Source of the DNA: a virus
Virus record (IMG/VR): IMGVR_UViG_3300048929_000741
Span: 1 to 64,000 of that record
Direction: 5' to 3' (one strand)
DNA length: 64,000 nt
Positions within the stretch are counted from its first letter, which is position 1, and each line of letters starts with the position of its first letter. This document shows, piece by piece, positions 20,210 to 30,314 of the stretch. Made by a program: the position numbers and the translations under genes. The notes under the pieces were generated by a model. It had not been told where the DNA came from, did no database searches, and saw only the letters and a program-made list of their open reading frames with translations.

Positions 20210-21151
20210 TTGGGGACAGGTAGAAGCTGGGCTCCTGCGGAAGAATCCTACTTGGAGGAAAAATGGGGGACCATATCAATTAAGGGTATTGCAAAGAATT
20301 TAAACCGATCAGAGAATGCTATTGTTGTGCGGAGTCAGAGAATGGGTTTAGGAGCCTTTCTTGACGCTGGGGATTATATTACTTGGAACCAGCTCCAGAT
20401 TGCACTTGGAATGGGCTTATCAGGTAGTGGATACAAAATGATTTCGTGGGTAAAGAACAGAGACTTTCCTATACATACTAAACTGATCAGAAGCAAATCG
20501 TTCAAAATAGTATTTTTAAATGAGTTCTGGGTGTGGGCGGAAAAGAATCAGACGTTTCTTGATTTCTCTCGATTCGAGCCTTTGACGTTGGGGGAAGAAC
20601 CTGCGTGGGTACAAGGGAAACGCAGACATGATTGTGAAAACCGGAGACGGATTAAAAATATACCATGGTCTACCTCAGAGGATAATAAATTAATCAGACT
20701 GGTTAAGAAGCAGCAATACGGAGTTCTGGAATTATCAAATCTGATGGGGCGCACTGAAGGAGCAATACAACGCCGACTAATAGATCTTAAGATTAAGGAT
20801 CGCCCTGTAAAAGCGGATAATACAGTCAGATGGACAGACGGCGAATTCAAATTACTTGGTGAGATGATTGTAGCAGGAAAGAAGTACGAGATGATGGCGG
20901 CAGTTCTTGGTAAGTCAACAAAAGCCATTCGCGGACGGGTATATCAGATGTATTTAACAGAGAATCTGGACAAGGCCAGGGCTATGATAGGACAAGGACC
21001 TTGGGGTGCTGGTCGCCCAGAACGCAGGATTAAGCATTACCTGCATATGGATGAAAATGAGCGTAGGCAGACCAAAGAATTAATAGCAAGATTAGCGGTA
21101 GCTCTCCAAGCAGCACCTTTTAGCACAAAAAGAAGGGAGAATAAAATTTGA
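20210..21151 (+). CDS. Phage DNA-binding protein with repeated Myb-like HTH units
   Basis: Three W-x-x-x-E/D...IA..L.RS/T..AI repeats. Confidence 0.65.
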   Translation: MGTGRSWAPAEESYLEEKWGTISIKGIAKNLNRSENAIVVRSQRMGLGAFLDAGDYITWNQLQIALGMGLSGSGYKMISWVKNRDFPIHTKLIRSKSFKIVFLNEFWVWAEKNQTFLDFSRFEPLTLGEEPAWVQGKRRHDCENRRRIKNIPWSTSEDNKLIRLVKKQQYGVLELSNLMGRTEGAIQRRLIDLKIKDRPVKADNTVRWTDGEFKLLGEMIVAGKKYEMMAAVLGKSTKAIRGRVYQMYLTENLDKARAMIGQGPWGAGRPERRIKHYLHMDENERRQTKELIARLAVALQAAPFSTKRRENKI

Positions 21152-21419
21152 AGAATTGGGTTAAATGGGTAAGCGTAGGTGTCGCAATCTCCGTAGGAAT
21201 TTTTATTACGAAGAACCCTAATTGCTTATGGGCGTTTTTCATTCCGGTTTTCTGTGAATAACGAAGGTACATTGGCTATGAAATATAACTTACATATGCT
21301 TTTACGAAAGATTGTAATGCGATGGACCGGGAAGAACTGCGGGACCTGTAAGCATTATGATGGGAGATTTGGTGATGATACTTGTTTCCTCTGTGAACAA
21401 AGCGTAAAGGCGGTGGAAT

Positions 21420-21770
21420 ATGAACAAAGGTAGAAAGTATACGATTTATGCCGTAGATTTTGATGGGACTTTATGCGAAAGTGTTTGGCCTGGAATTGGT
21501 AGCCCAAATACTGTACTGATTAATCATTTGATAAGAAGGCGGAGAGAGGGTAATAAAATAATCCTCTGGACATGTCGGTGTGAGAAGCGTCTGGAAGCGG
21601 CTGTTTCATGGTGCAGGTCTCATGGTCTGGAATTTGACGCTGTGAATGAGAATTTATCTGAAATGTTGGAGTTCTATGGAAATGATTCAAGGAAGATATT
21701 TGCTGATGTTTACATAGATGATAAGGCAAAGATTAAAGCACGGTATTGCATTCCATTCAAGGCGGTATAA
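21420..21770 (+). CDS. HAD-like phosphatase
   Basis: AVDFDGTL, ILWTCR, ADVYIDDK. Confidence 0.8.
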   Translation: MNKGRKYTIYAVDFDGTLCESVWPGIGSPNTVLINHLIRRRREGNKIILWTCRCEKRLEAAVSWCRSHGLEFDAVNENLSEMLEFYGNDSRKIFADVYIDDKAKIKARYCIPFKAV

Positions 21771-22184
21771 ATGATGGAAGAAAATCTGCTTAGAAAATAC
21801 TGGTCCACTTATACGGACGCTTGGAAACTTATGAAAAATCGTCACATGGTTGAACCGGAGCATGTGGCACAGATGATAAAAAAGCATGAGAATCCTGTCA
21901 TGAACCGGGTGTTTTGTCTGGTTGTCTGGCAGGAAATAAAAAGAATTAAATCCGGCGGCGTTCCTCTTCAGGACAAGCAGTACGAAGAATGTCTTACCGG
22001 AGCCTGGAAACTTTTCAAACAGTACATCTAACCAAATGATTCAGATGAATACTGGAATGGCCTTGTTGATATGATCAGGGCCATGTCCAAGCAATATGAC
22101 AATTGTAGTTTTATAAGTAATCTCCTGATCCATGTAACACTGGAAGAACTTGAACGGATTTGGAGAGCGGGAAAACAAAAATAA
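21771..22184 (+). pseudogene. Phage hypothetical gene with in-frame TAA at 22029
   Basis: The frame continues for 50 codons (PNDSDEYW...RAGKQK) after the stop. Confidence 0.65.
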
Positions 22185-22236
22185 TGAAAGGAGCCGTTCC
22201 CCGGCCGGGAGAGTGTACACGGAACCTTTTTGAAAG

Positions 22237-23979
22237 ATGAGAGACTTAATTATTGATTGCTTTGCCGGTGGAGGAGGGGCGAGTGTTGGAATTGAGATGG
22301 CATTAGGACGACATGTAGACATTGCAATTAACCACAATCCTCAGGCTATCCGGATGCATAAAACGAATCACCCAGACACACTGCATCTGACAGAGGATAT
22401 CTTCAAGGTTGACCTGCAGAAGTATGTAAAAGGTCGCCACGTAGCTTTGATGTGGGCCAGTCCTGATTGTACCAGCCATAGTAAAGCAAAGGGTGGAAAG
22501 CCACGAGAGAAAGGGCTAAGAATTCTTCCCTGGGCAGTATATAAACATGCGAAAACTATTTTGCCCGATGTTATTTTAATGGAGAATGTTGAAGAGATCC
22601 AGCAGTGGGGACCGTTGGATAAAGAGGGGTATCCCATAAAGGAACGCAAAGGAGAAGACTACCAGAAGTTTGTAAGAGCAATGAAATCGCTTGGTTATGT
22701 GTTTGATAGCCGGGAACTGGTAGCAGCTGATTATGGAGCTCCTACCACAAGAAAAAGATGGTATGCAATCTTCCGGAGAGATGGGAAACCGATTGTTTGG
22801 CCGGAACCAACTCATAATAAAAACGGAAATGATGGATTTAAAAAATGGGAACCTATCTGGAAGTATCTGGATTTGACAGATTTAGGAAAATCTATCTTTG
22901 GTAGAAAAAAGCCACTGGCAGACAAGACAATGAACCGGATTGCCAGAGGACTTGATAAGTTTTTATTTAACTGTCCAGAACCATTTATAGTCCAAGTCAA
23001 CCATGGGGGCGATCACTTCCGAGGTCAGAATATTCATGAGCCTATGCCCACCATAACACAGAAACATGGATTTGGAACTGTAACGCCTTATATTGTCCCA
23101 ATAGGATACGGGGAACGGGAAGGGCAGCTCCCACGGATAAACAGTGCAGAAGATCCGGTTAGCACGATTGTTGCCAGTGGAAACAAGCATTATTTATGTT
23201 CTCCATATATCATGCAGCTGGGACAAACAGGATTTTGCGCAGATAGGAATAGATCCCTTGAAGATCCAATGAGTACAGTGGTTACGAAGAATGAACATTG
23301 TTATATTAGTCCTCTTTTGATTCAGTATCATTCCCAAACTTCTAAGTCAGAGGTGAGAGGGCAATCGGTCGATGAACCGATAATGACGATTGACACCAGT
23401 AACCGCTATGGACTGGTGGCGGCTTTCCTCACGAAGTTTTATAAGACGGGAGTGGGACAGCCTTTATGGGAACCGATACACACAATCACAACCAGTCCGG
23501 GACATTTTGGACATGTAAGCATTCTTGCGATTAGCAAGGAAGAACTGCTAAAGAATGGTGTTGATGAAGAAACGGCGCAGAAATGTACTTGGGTGAGTCA
23601 GTTTATCATTAAGTACTATGGTGGTGATGTAACTGGAGTAAGCCTAGAAGAACCGTTACATACGATCGTGACAAAGGATAGATTCGCCCTGGTTACGGTT
23701 CTTGGAAACGAGTATGTGATTTTGGATATCTTTCTCCGAATGCTAAAAGCTGAACCGGAATTAAAACTGGGACAGGGATTTCCGGAAGATTACATCATAG
23801 ATCATGATTATGAAGGAAAGAAATATGCAGCATCAGAACAAGTGGCCCGTATTGGAAACAGTGTTGTTCCCATTGTGGCTGAAGCATTGGTTACGGCTAA
23901 TTGCCCGCATCTAAAAATTGGAGAGCGAATGCCGAATTTGAAAATTGATGACAGCCAGGCACAGCTTAGATTTGCTTAA
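22237..23979 (+). CDS. C5 cytosine DNA methyltransferase (long phage type)
   Basis: DCFAGGGG, WASPDC, MENVEE, TTRKR, QVARIGNSV. Confidence 0.9.
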   Translation: MRDLIIDCFAGGGGASVGIEMALGRHVDIAINHNPQAIRMHKTNHPDTLHLTEDIFKVDLQKYVKGRHVALMWASPDCTSHSKAKGGKPREKGLRILPWAVYKHAKTILPDVILMENVEEIQQWGPLDKEGYPIKERKGEDYQKFVRAMKSLGYVFDSRELVAADYGAPTTRKRWYAIFRRDGKPIVWPEPTHNKNGNDGFKKWEPIWKYLDLTDLGKSIFGRKKPLADKTMNRIARGLDKFLFNCPEPFIVQVNHGGDHFRGQNIHEPMPTITQKHGFGTVTPYIVPIGYGEREGQLPRINSAEDPVSTIVASGNKHYLCSPYIMQLGQTGFCADRNRSLEDPMSTVVTKNEHCYISPLLIQYHSQTSKSEVRGQSVDEPIMTIDTSNRYGLVAAFLTKFYKTGVGQPLWEPIHTITTSPGHFGHVSILAISKEELLKNGVDEETAQKCTWVSQFIIKYYGGDVTGVSLEEPLHTIVTKDRFALVTVLGNEYVILDIFLRMLKAEPELKLGQGFPEDYIIDHDYEGKKYAASEQVARIGNSVVPIVAEALVTANCPHLKIGERMPNLKIDDSQAQLRFA

Positions 23980-24000
23980 TTTATTGTTCTTTGATAATTG

Positions 24001-24638
24001 AATATTGATAGTTGATGAAGTATAATAAATTTATTACAATTGATGGAGGGGTAGCATGAAAGACGAGATGAAGAGAGTTATCGAAGAAGATATACAAAAG
24101 GCAACAGAAATATTAAGAGATAATAAAGAAGATGAATGTGAGACTTTTTATCAAAGCCTTATATCGAAATATTCTCCATACATAAAAGGATTTGGAGATA
24201 ACTTATTTTACATAAGTATGTATGATGATTTTTCTACTACAATGGATAATATTCAAATTTTGCGTGATAAATTAGTTTTATTTAAAGCTGGAGGTTTTAT
24301 GGATTTTAGTGAAAGTCAAAAAAATTCATCACCCTTAATTACAATTACAAATGAAAATAAAAATGAAAACGCAAATTCTGTAAACATTACTATTTCTTTT
24401 AACGAAGTTCGAAAAAGCATAGAAAATATGTCGGCACTTACAGATTTTGAAATAGAAGAAATTCTGTTAAAAATAAATAATCTTGAAGAAATTGTAAATT
24501 CTAAAGACAGAAAATCTAAAAAATGGGAAAATGCAAAAGGTATAATCAATTGGATTGCAGATAAAGGTGTAGATGTTGGAATTGCATTATTACCGTTACT
24601 ATTGCAAATAAAATAATATTCAGCCAGCTATCAATATT
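24001..24638. repeat. Inverted-repeat pair bracketing moron 24056..24616
   Basis: AATATTGATAGTTG (24001-24014) vs CAGCTATCAATATT (24625-24638), 13/14 complementary. Confidence 0.75.
24056..24616 (+). CDS. Hypothetical moron protein
   Basis: AT-rich; TTGAAT-17-TATAAT promoter, RBS, downstream terminator. Confidence 0.75.
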   Translation: MKDEMKRVIEEDIQKATEILRDNKEDECETFYQSLISKYSPYIKGFGDNLFYISMYDDFSTTMDNIQILRDKLVLFKAGGFMDFSESQKNSSPLITITNENKNENANSVNITISFNEVRKSIENMSALTDFEIEEILLKINNLEEIVNSKDRKSKKWENAKGIINWIADKGVDVGIALLPLLLQIK

Positions 24639-24899
24639 TGATGGCTGGTTTTTTATTGCAAAAAATGAAAGGAGGCTGGATCTCCTGCGGGGCAAAGTCA
24701 TGACGGTTCCTTTCAAAAGAAACCATTTATTAAATACACGAGAGAAACAGGGAGAGTTCCGTTCATTGGAACAACACAATACGAGGGATTTGTGAGAGCT
24801 CGCCTTTATTCACACACAGGCTGTAATGTGTATGATGGAAAGACGATTAAAAGCCAACCCATCATTATTATAGTCAAATATAATTTATTGGAGGATATA

Positions 24900-25358
24900 A
24901 TGGAGGAAATTAAACGACTGGTGAAACAATTTCGAGATGCAATAGATAAAGCGAGAGATGCAGGGGAATTTGATAAGGACTTTTCATTTTACAAATTTCC
25001 ATGTGGGTGCTGCGGTGATGCCAGTGAGTTATTAGCTCAATTTTTATTGGAAAACGGTATTACAACATTTTATGTATGGGGTATGTATTCCAGTAGTCTG
25101 TCTGAAAGTCCTCAATCTCATGCGTGGCTATTGGATCATAATCATACTATTATAGACATCACTGGTGATCAGTTTAGAGATAATCCTATTTATCTGAATT
25201 ATTATAAATCAGTCTATGTTGGAGACGAAGATGATTTTCATAGATTATTTAGAGTTAATCCAAGAAATATTAAAAAAAATATTGGCATAGGTTCATTGGC
25301 GAGCCACTGCCAACCGAGGTTATATAATTTGTATGATAAGATCATTAAACATAGTTAG
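24900..25358 (+). CDS. Hypothetical protein with transglutaminase/papain-like Cys-His-Asp motifs
   Basis: FPCGCCGDASELL, SHAWL, IIDITGDQF; RBS GGAGG. Confidence 0.55.
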   Translation: MEEIKRLVKQFRDAIDKARDAGEFDKDFSFYKFPCGCCGDASELLAQFLLENGITTFYVWGMYSSSLSESPQSHAWLLDHNHTIIDITGDQFRDNPIYLNYYKSVYVGDEDDFHRLFRVNPRNIKKNIGIGSLASHCQPRLYNLYDKIIKHS

Positions 25359-25555
25359 AATTATAAATTGATACAAGCCGGGGCATAGACCCCGGTAAAA
25401 AAATAGCATAAAAAGAACATACATTCGATTTAACGGAAATAAACAAGCGGCAGAGTCACCGACCAAAGATCTTCTACCGCTTCACGCTTAAGGATATTAT
25501 AAAAGAAAATGTCTCCTTAAGCAACTGAAATTTAACGAAAAGGAGATTACATATT

Positions 25556-26593
25556 ATGAATGGACAAACCATAAAAGCACAGGTAATTAATAATATCATT
25601 GTTGCCATGGCGGAGCATGTGACTAAGGACGTTTTAGAAATTCTTCACCAGACGATAATAAAGGAATTTGTCAATGTCAATATGGAGGAAATAACCACTC
25701 TTCCAGTAGAGTACCAGAATGACACGGATCAGAAGAATAAGTATATCGTTCAACTTTTTATAGTGAAGAAGAAAATCAAAGATAATACTAAGCAAGCATA
25801 CCTTAGTTCAGTTAAACGCCTGATTACCTTAATTGATAAACCACTGGACAGGATAGAGGAATCCGATATCAGCTATTACCTTTCATGGTATGAGAAGCGG
25901 AATATTAATGTCGGCGGCAAGAAGAATCAGGCCATTACCGTAAATAATGAAAGGCGTTTCCTATCAGCGTTCTTCACATGGATGCGAAAGGAGAAATTGA
26001 TTGGAGAAAATCCGGTTGAAGCAACGGATCCGCTCAAAGCTATTAAAAAACCAATTGATTATTTTAGGCCAGAGGAAATGACAAAAATGAAAGACGCCTG
26101 TAAGAGTTTCCGGGAACGTGCCTTAATAGAGGTGCTGCGCAGCACTGGTGCCAGAGTAGGGGAGTTGGTAGAGATAACCCTTGACCAGATAGACTGGAAT
26201 ACCGGGGATATCATGATCCTGGGTGAGAAGAGCGACAAATATCGTCCGATATTCTTAGATGATGATGCCAGGTATTATTACCGGAAGTATATGGAGTCCC
26301 GGAACGATGATAGCCCCTTTATGTTCCCTCAGTGTAAGGCACCACATGATCAGATGACGACTTCCGGAATCAGGAGCATACTTAAAACTATTGGAAAGCG
26401 CGCCATGGTGAAAAGTAGGGTGTATCCCCATAAGATCCGTAAAACGCTCGGAATGACACTTAAAAACAAAGGTGTGGATATTGGAACAATACAGGAAATC
26501 ATGGGACATGGAAGTCCTTCTGTGACTGCGGCATACTATGCTCAATCGACTCCTGACACTTTGAGAAACATAAGAGAGAGGTGCATAGCCTAA
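25556..26593 (+). CDS. XerD-like tyrosine recombinase
   Basis: N-terminal SAM-like domain, STGARVGEL, YPHKIRKT, MGH...YY. Confidence 0.9.
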   Translation: MNGQTIKAQVINNIIVAMAEHVTKDVLEILHQTIIKEFVNVNMEEITTLPVEYQNDTDQKNKYIVQLFIVKKKIKDNTKQAYLSSVKRLITLIDKPLDRIEESDISYYLSWYEKRNINVGGKKNQAITVNNERRFLSAFFTWMRKEKLIGENPVEATDPLKAIKKPIDYFRPEEMTKMKDACKSFRERALIEVLRSTGARVGELVEITLDQIDWNTGDIMILGEKSDKYRPIFLDDDARYYYRKYMESRNDDSPFMFPQCKAPHDQMTTSGIRSILKTIGKRAMVKSRVYPHKIRKTLGMTLKNKGVDIGTIQEIMGHGSPSVTAAYYAQSTPDTLRNIRERCIA

Positions 26594-26955
26594 TGGAAAA
26601 TAAGACGAGAACTCAACTGAAAAACTTGGCTGCAATAAATGCTGCTATTGCTGAAGCTGATGAAGAAATTCAGATATTACAGAAAGAAGCGTCTACACAT
26701 GGGTTTGAAGTAGAATATGTTTCTGCCTTGAATGAATTAAAACAAAAAATTATATATTATCGCTATCAAAAAGTAAAGATATGTTTGGAAGTGTATGATC
26801 AGATAGAGACCCTGGAAAATGAGCAGGAAAAGCGATTATTGAAATATAGGTATATAAGGGGTTACCGCTGGGAGGTTATTGCAGAAAAAATGGGATATAG
26901 TATCAGACAGATTTTTAATATACATAAAGTTGCATTATATGGATTAAAACCATAG
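26593..26955 (+). CDS. RinA/ArpU-like transcriptional regulator
   Basis: LLKYRYIRGYRWEVIAEKMGYSIRQI (sigma4-like HTH). Confidence 0.75.
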   Translation: MENKTRTQLKNLAAINAAIAEADEEIQILQKEASTHGFEVEYVSALNELKQKIIYYRYQKVKICLEVYDQIETLENEQEKRLLKYRYIRGYRWEVIAEKMGYSIRQIFNIHKVALYGLKP

Positions 26956-27052
26956 AGTTCTTAAAGAAAAGAAAGCCTCAGAAAAAAAAGACAACATTAA
27001 TTCGTGGGGCTTTCTATTAATGCAATGTTCTATCTGATGCCTATATAGCTTT

Positions 27053-28135
27053 TTAAGTAGTATCTCTTAAACCAGTATATTCACCAATTTCATCCACCGT
27101 AGGGTGAAGAATAATATCTTGCAATTCTAATTTTTTTACAGATAATCCTTTAAAGAAAGATTGGTTTTTATATTTTAATAAAATTTCGTAATCATCATTA
27201 CTTATATCTGTTTCCCCGTGCATGGAAGTGTTTCGGAATTGATACAAATCATCTAAGGCCTCATGTAACTTAAATGGCAAATAATCGATATTGATGCCTC
27301 TTTTTCTCACGTAGTTTTTCATGTCGTACCATTTTAAATGCTTTGATTGTGTGTTTGGTAAATTAGACAATTGTATAATGGCATTAACCTCACGTTCAAT
27401 TATAGCAAGATACTGCTTCATGAGTAAACTTGGCGCTATAGTGAATCGCTCATCTTTAATATAATATTCCTCTTCAATTACGTCAGCGGATACTAGATCT
27501 AATATTGAAGATTTTTCAAGACCAGGATACTGCGTAAGATACAGCATATATAAATCGTTAATCTTATTTATTCCATGCCAATCTACAATTATGACTTTTG
27601 GTTTGTTTTTAGATGATAAAAGTGAGATTTCTGTTACTGTATCATAAATATCTACGGTAATATCGATCTCAGAAACGAAATTGTTTATTCCTCTAGAAAT
27701 TATACAATATGTAGTTATAATAAATGCATTCATAGCTGTATAACAGCAGGATATAAAATCGTCTTTCATGAGATATTCATGATATATGTGTTGCATCAGT
27801 TCATGTAAAATAATACGTTCACTTGGTGACAAAGGCTCTTTATTTTCACATTGGTTTAGCTTTAGGGGGTCTATGTATGTTAAAAAATTAATGTATTCAT
27901 TATGCGATAAGCTTGTGCGTAACAATGTTTGAGTATGTATAATAATCAGCCTATCATTTTTATGTGGCCTTTTTAATAATCCAGCTAGTTGTTCCATTAC
28001 GGATAATACGAAGTAACGTTCCCCATTAAAAGGATTAGATTTACCTATAATTTTATCTGTATAGTCAATAAACATGTTATAAGTATTTTGTTCTATTTCG
28101 TGTGTACTTATTAAAGTATTTTTGGAATTATTCAT
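27053..28135 (-). CDS. Hypothetical moron with a C-terminal HEPN-like motif
   Basis: AT-rich, antisense to the operon; FRNTSMHG (RxxxxH). Confidence 0.55.
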   Translation of the reverse strand: MNNSKNTLISTHEIEQNTYNMFIDYTDKIIGKSNPFNGERYFVLSVMEQLAGLLKRPHKNDRLIIIHTQTLLRTSLSHNEYINFLTYIDPLKLNQCENKEPLSPSERIILHELMQHIYHEYLMKDDFISCCYTAMNAFIITTYCIISRGINNFVSEIDITVDIYDTVTEISLLSSKNKPKVIIVDWHGINKINDLYMLYLTQYPGLEKSSILDLVSADVIEEEYYIKDERFTIAPSLLMKQYLAIIEREVNAIIQLSNLPNTQSKHLKWYDMKNYVRKRGINIDYLPFKLHEALDDLYQFRNTSMHGETDISNDDYEILLKYKNQSFFKGLSVKKLELQDIILHPTVDEIGEYTGLRDTT

Positions 28136-28420
28136 GTTTATATCCTTTCTTACTCAATTATTATTAATACAATAATTTAATATTAAGCACTAATTTTTAT
28201 ATTCACTTTTATTTTCTTAGTGATTTTCTTATCTTTAAAAACTCTAATAAGTAAAAAAGTTTTATATAAAGTATATGCTTTATAAATAAATAAGTAAAGA
28301 AAAATTATGTAATAATTGTACATAGAATTGCAGTAATAGATAGTGATATGCTTGTCTACGATATCAAATTAAAAGGAGATAAAGCTGTCCGGATGAAAGC
28401 TGCAGTTGCTTTTTTAAAGA

Positions 28421-29449
28421 ATGAATTTTACGTTTTTAGATTTTTTTTCTGGCATAGGTGGATTTAGAAAAGGTATGGAACTTGCCGGCCATAAATGTGT
28501 TGGTTTTTGTGAATGGGATAAGTATGCTGTAATGAGTTATACATCAATGCATTTAATATCCAGAGAGCAAAATGAATACCTTCTTCAACTTCCATTGCGA
28601 GAAAGGCAAAAAGAGATTTTAAAGGAGAATTATAGAAATGGGGAATGGTACGCAAATGACATCAGAAATATTGCAGCCAGAGAATTGCCCAGAGCAGATG
28701 TATGGTGTTTCGGATTCCCATGCCAAGACATTTCCATTGCCGGGAAGAGACTTGGATTTGCTGGGAAACGTTCAAGTCTGTTTTTCACAGTTACAGGACT
28801 TATTAGAGACCTGCCGGAAGAAAATAAACCCTCAATCCTATTTATTGAGAACGTTAAAAACTTACTTAGTGTTAATAGAGGGCTCGATTTTGCCAAACTT
28901 CTCATTGAATTGGACGAAGTCGGCTATGATGCAGAATGGCAAGTTCTCAATACCAAAGATTTTGGAATCCCACAAAGTAGAGAAAGGGTGTTTATTGTTG
29001 GATTTCTTAGAGGAAGAACCAGAAGAAAAGTATTACCTATCAGAGGAACAGGCAGCAAAAATAATCTTTCATTAAAGATCAAGAAACATAGAGAAGGTTT
29101 TTTAATCAGGGATGCAAATGAAAAAGGTTACACTCGAGCTGAGGTAGGAGATGGTATAAAATTAGATTTCCCCAATAGTACGACTAAGCATGGTCGAGTT
29201 GGGAAAGGAAAGGTTCATACATTAACAACCGCATGTAATCAAGGTGTTGTTTGTATGAAAGATAAGGTCCCTAAGATTCGCAAGCTTACCCCGAGAGAAT
29301 GTTTTCGTCTGCAGGGATGGAAAGACAAATATTTTGAACAGGCAGCTATGGTTAATAGCGATAATCAGCTTTATAAGCAGGCGGGTAATGGAGTAACTGT
29401 GAATGTAATTCAGGAAATAGCAAGTAAGTTTCATCTTTTAGATTCATAA
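28421..29449 (+). CDS. dcm: C5 cytosine DNA methyltransferase
   Basis: FSGIGG, GFPCQ, IENV, QSRER, RKLTPRECFRLQG, QAGNGV. Confidence 0.92.
   Translation: MNFTFLDFFSGIGGFRKGMELAGHKCVGFCEWDKYAVMSYTSMHLISREQNEYLLQLPLRERQKEILKENYRNGEWYANDIRNIAARELPRADVWCFGFPCQDISIAGKRLGFAGKRSSLFFTVTGLIRDLPEENKPSILFIENVKNLLSVNRGLDFAKLLIELDEVGYDAEWQVLNTKDFGIPQSRERVFIVGFLRGRTRRKVLPIRGTGSKNNLSLKIKKHREGFLIRDANEKGYTRAEVGDGIKLDFPNSTTKHGRVGKGKVHTLTTACNQGVVCMKDKVPKIRKLTPRECFRLQGWKDKYFEQAAMVNSDNQLYKQAGNGVTVNVIQEIASKFHLLDS
28638..29075 (+). CDS. Putative overlapping alternative-frame polypeptide within the C5 MTase
   Basis: 145-codon open +1 frame with WTKSAMMQNG and LLDFLEEEPEEKYYLS. Confidence 0.55.
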   Translation: MGNGTQMTSEILQPENCPEQMYGVSDSHAKTFPLPGRDLDLLGNVQVCFSQLQDLLETCRKKINPQSYLLRTLKTYLVLIEGSILPNFSLNWTKSAMMQNGKFSIPKILESHKVEKGCLLLDFLEEEPEEKYYLSEEQAAKIIFH

Positions 29450-29491
29450 AATTTGTTCTATTGAGATTCTCCATAAAAAGGAGGTTTTGTT

Positions 29492-30247
29492 ATGAATAGT
29501 TTTATTAGTTGGATTGGTGGAAAGAAATTGTTACGAAAGCAGATCATGGAGCAGTTTCCGGATCAGGGTTCATACAGCCGGTATATTGAGGTGTTCGGCG
29601 GAGCCGGCTGGGTATTATTCTCAAAAGATAAACATGCATCATTGGAAGTCTTCAACGATGTTAACGGCGAATTGATTAATCTTTACCGGGTGGTAAAATA
29701 TCACCCGGAACCACTACAGAAAGAATTAGAATGGTTGCTTATGTCCCGGGAACAGTTCTTTGATGAATTAAACAGGAATACCAGAGGAATGACCGACATA
29801 CAACGAGCCGCCCGGTTCTTTTGCCTGATCAGGGAGAGTTTTGGAACAGACTGCAAATCGTTTGGAGTAAGTTCAAGGGATATAAATAAGGCGGTTGATT
29901 ATTTAAAAGAGGTATCAGGAAGATTAAATCGGGTGGTAATTGAGAATCAAGACTTTGAGCGACTGATAAAGACATATGACAGGCCCGATGCACTGTTTTA
30001 CCTGGACCCTCCTTACTTCGAAGCGGAGAAGTATTATCCAGATCGATTCAATCCGGAAGACCATGAACGGCTGCGGGAGTGCTTGGGTAGTATTAAAGGG
30101 AAATTCATTTTATCTTATAACGATTGTCACCAAATCAGGGATCTTTATAAGGGATATACCATTATTGAGATTGACAGAATGGATAATCTTGTTAATAAGA
30201 ACATGAGTAGACGGTATAAGGAATTGATTATTAAAAGCCATCCATGA
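29492..30247 (+). CDS. Dam-like (D12 class) adenine DNA methyltransferase
   Basis: WIGGK, EVFGGAG, FYLDPPY, ILSYND. Confidence 0.9.
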   Translation: MNSFISWIGGKKLLRKQIMEQFPDQGSYSRYIEVFGGAGWVLFSKDKHASLEVFNDVNGELINLYRVVKYHPEPLQKELEWLLMSREQFFDELNRNTRGMTDIQRAARFFCLIRESFGTDCKSFGVSSRDINKAVDYLKEVSGRLNRVVIENQDFERLIKTYDRPDALFYLDPPYFEAEKYYPDRFNPEDHERLRECLGSIKGKFILSYNDCHQIRDLYKGYTIIEIDRMDNLVNKNMSRRYKELIIKSHP

Positions 30248-30314
30248 TATATTTGAGTTTCTTTTTATACTTTAATGTTGTAAAATAAAGTAAAGAATTG
30301 AAAGGAAAATACAA

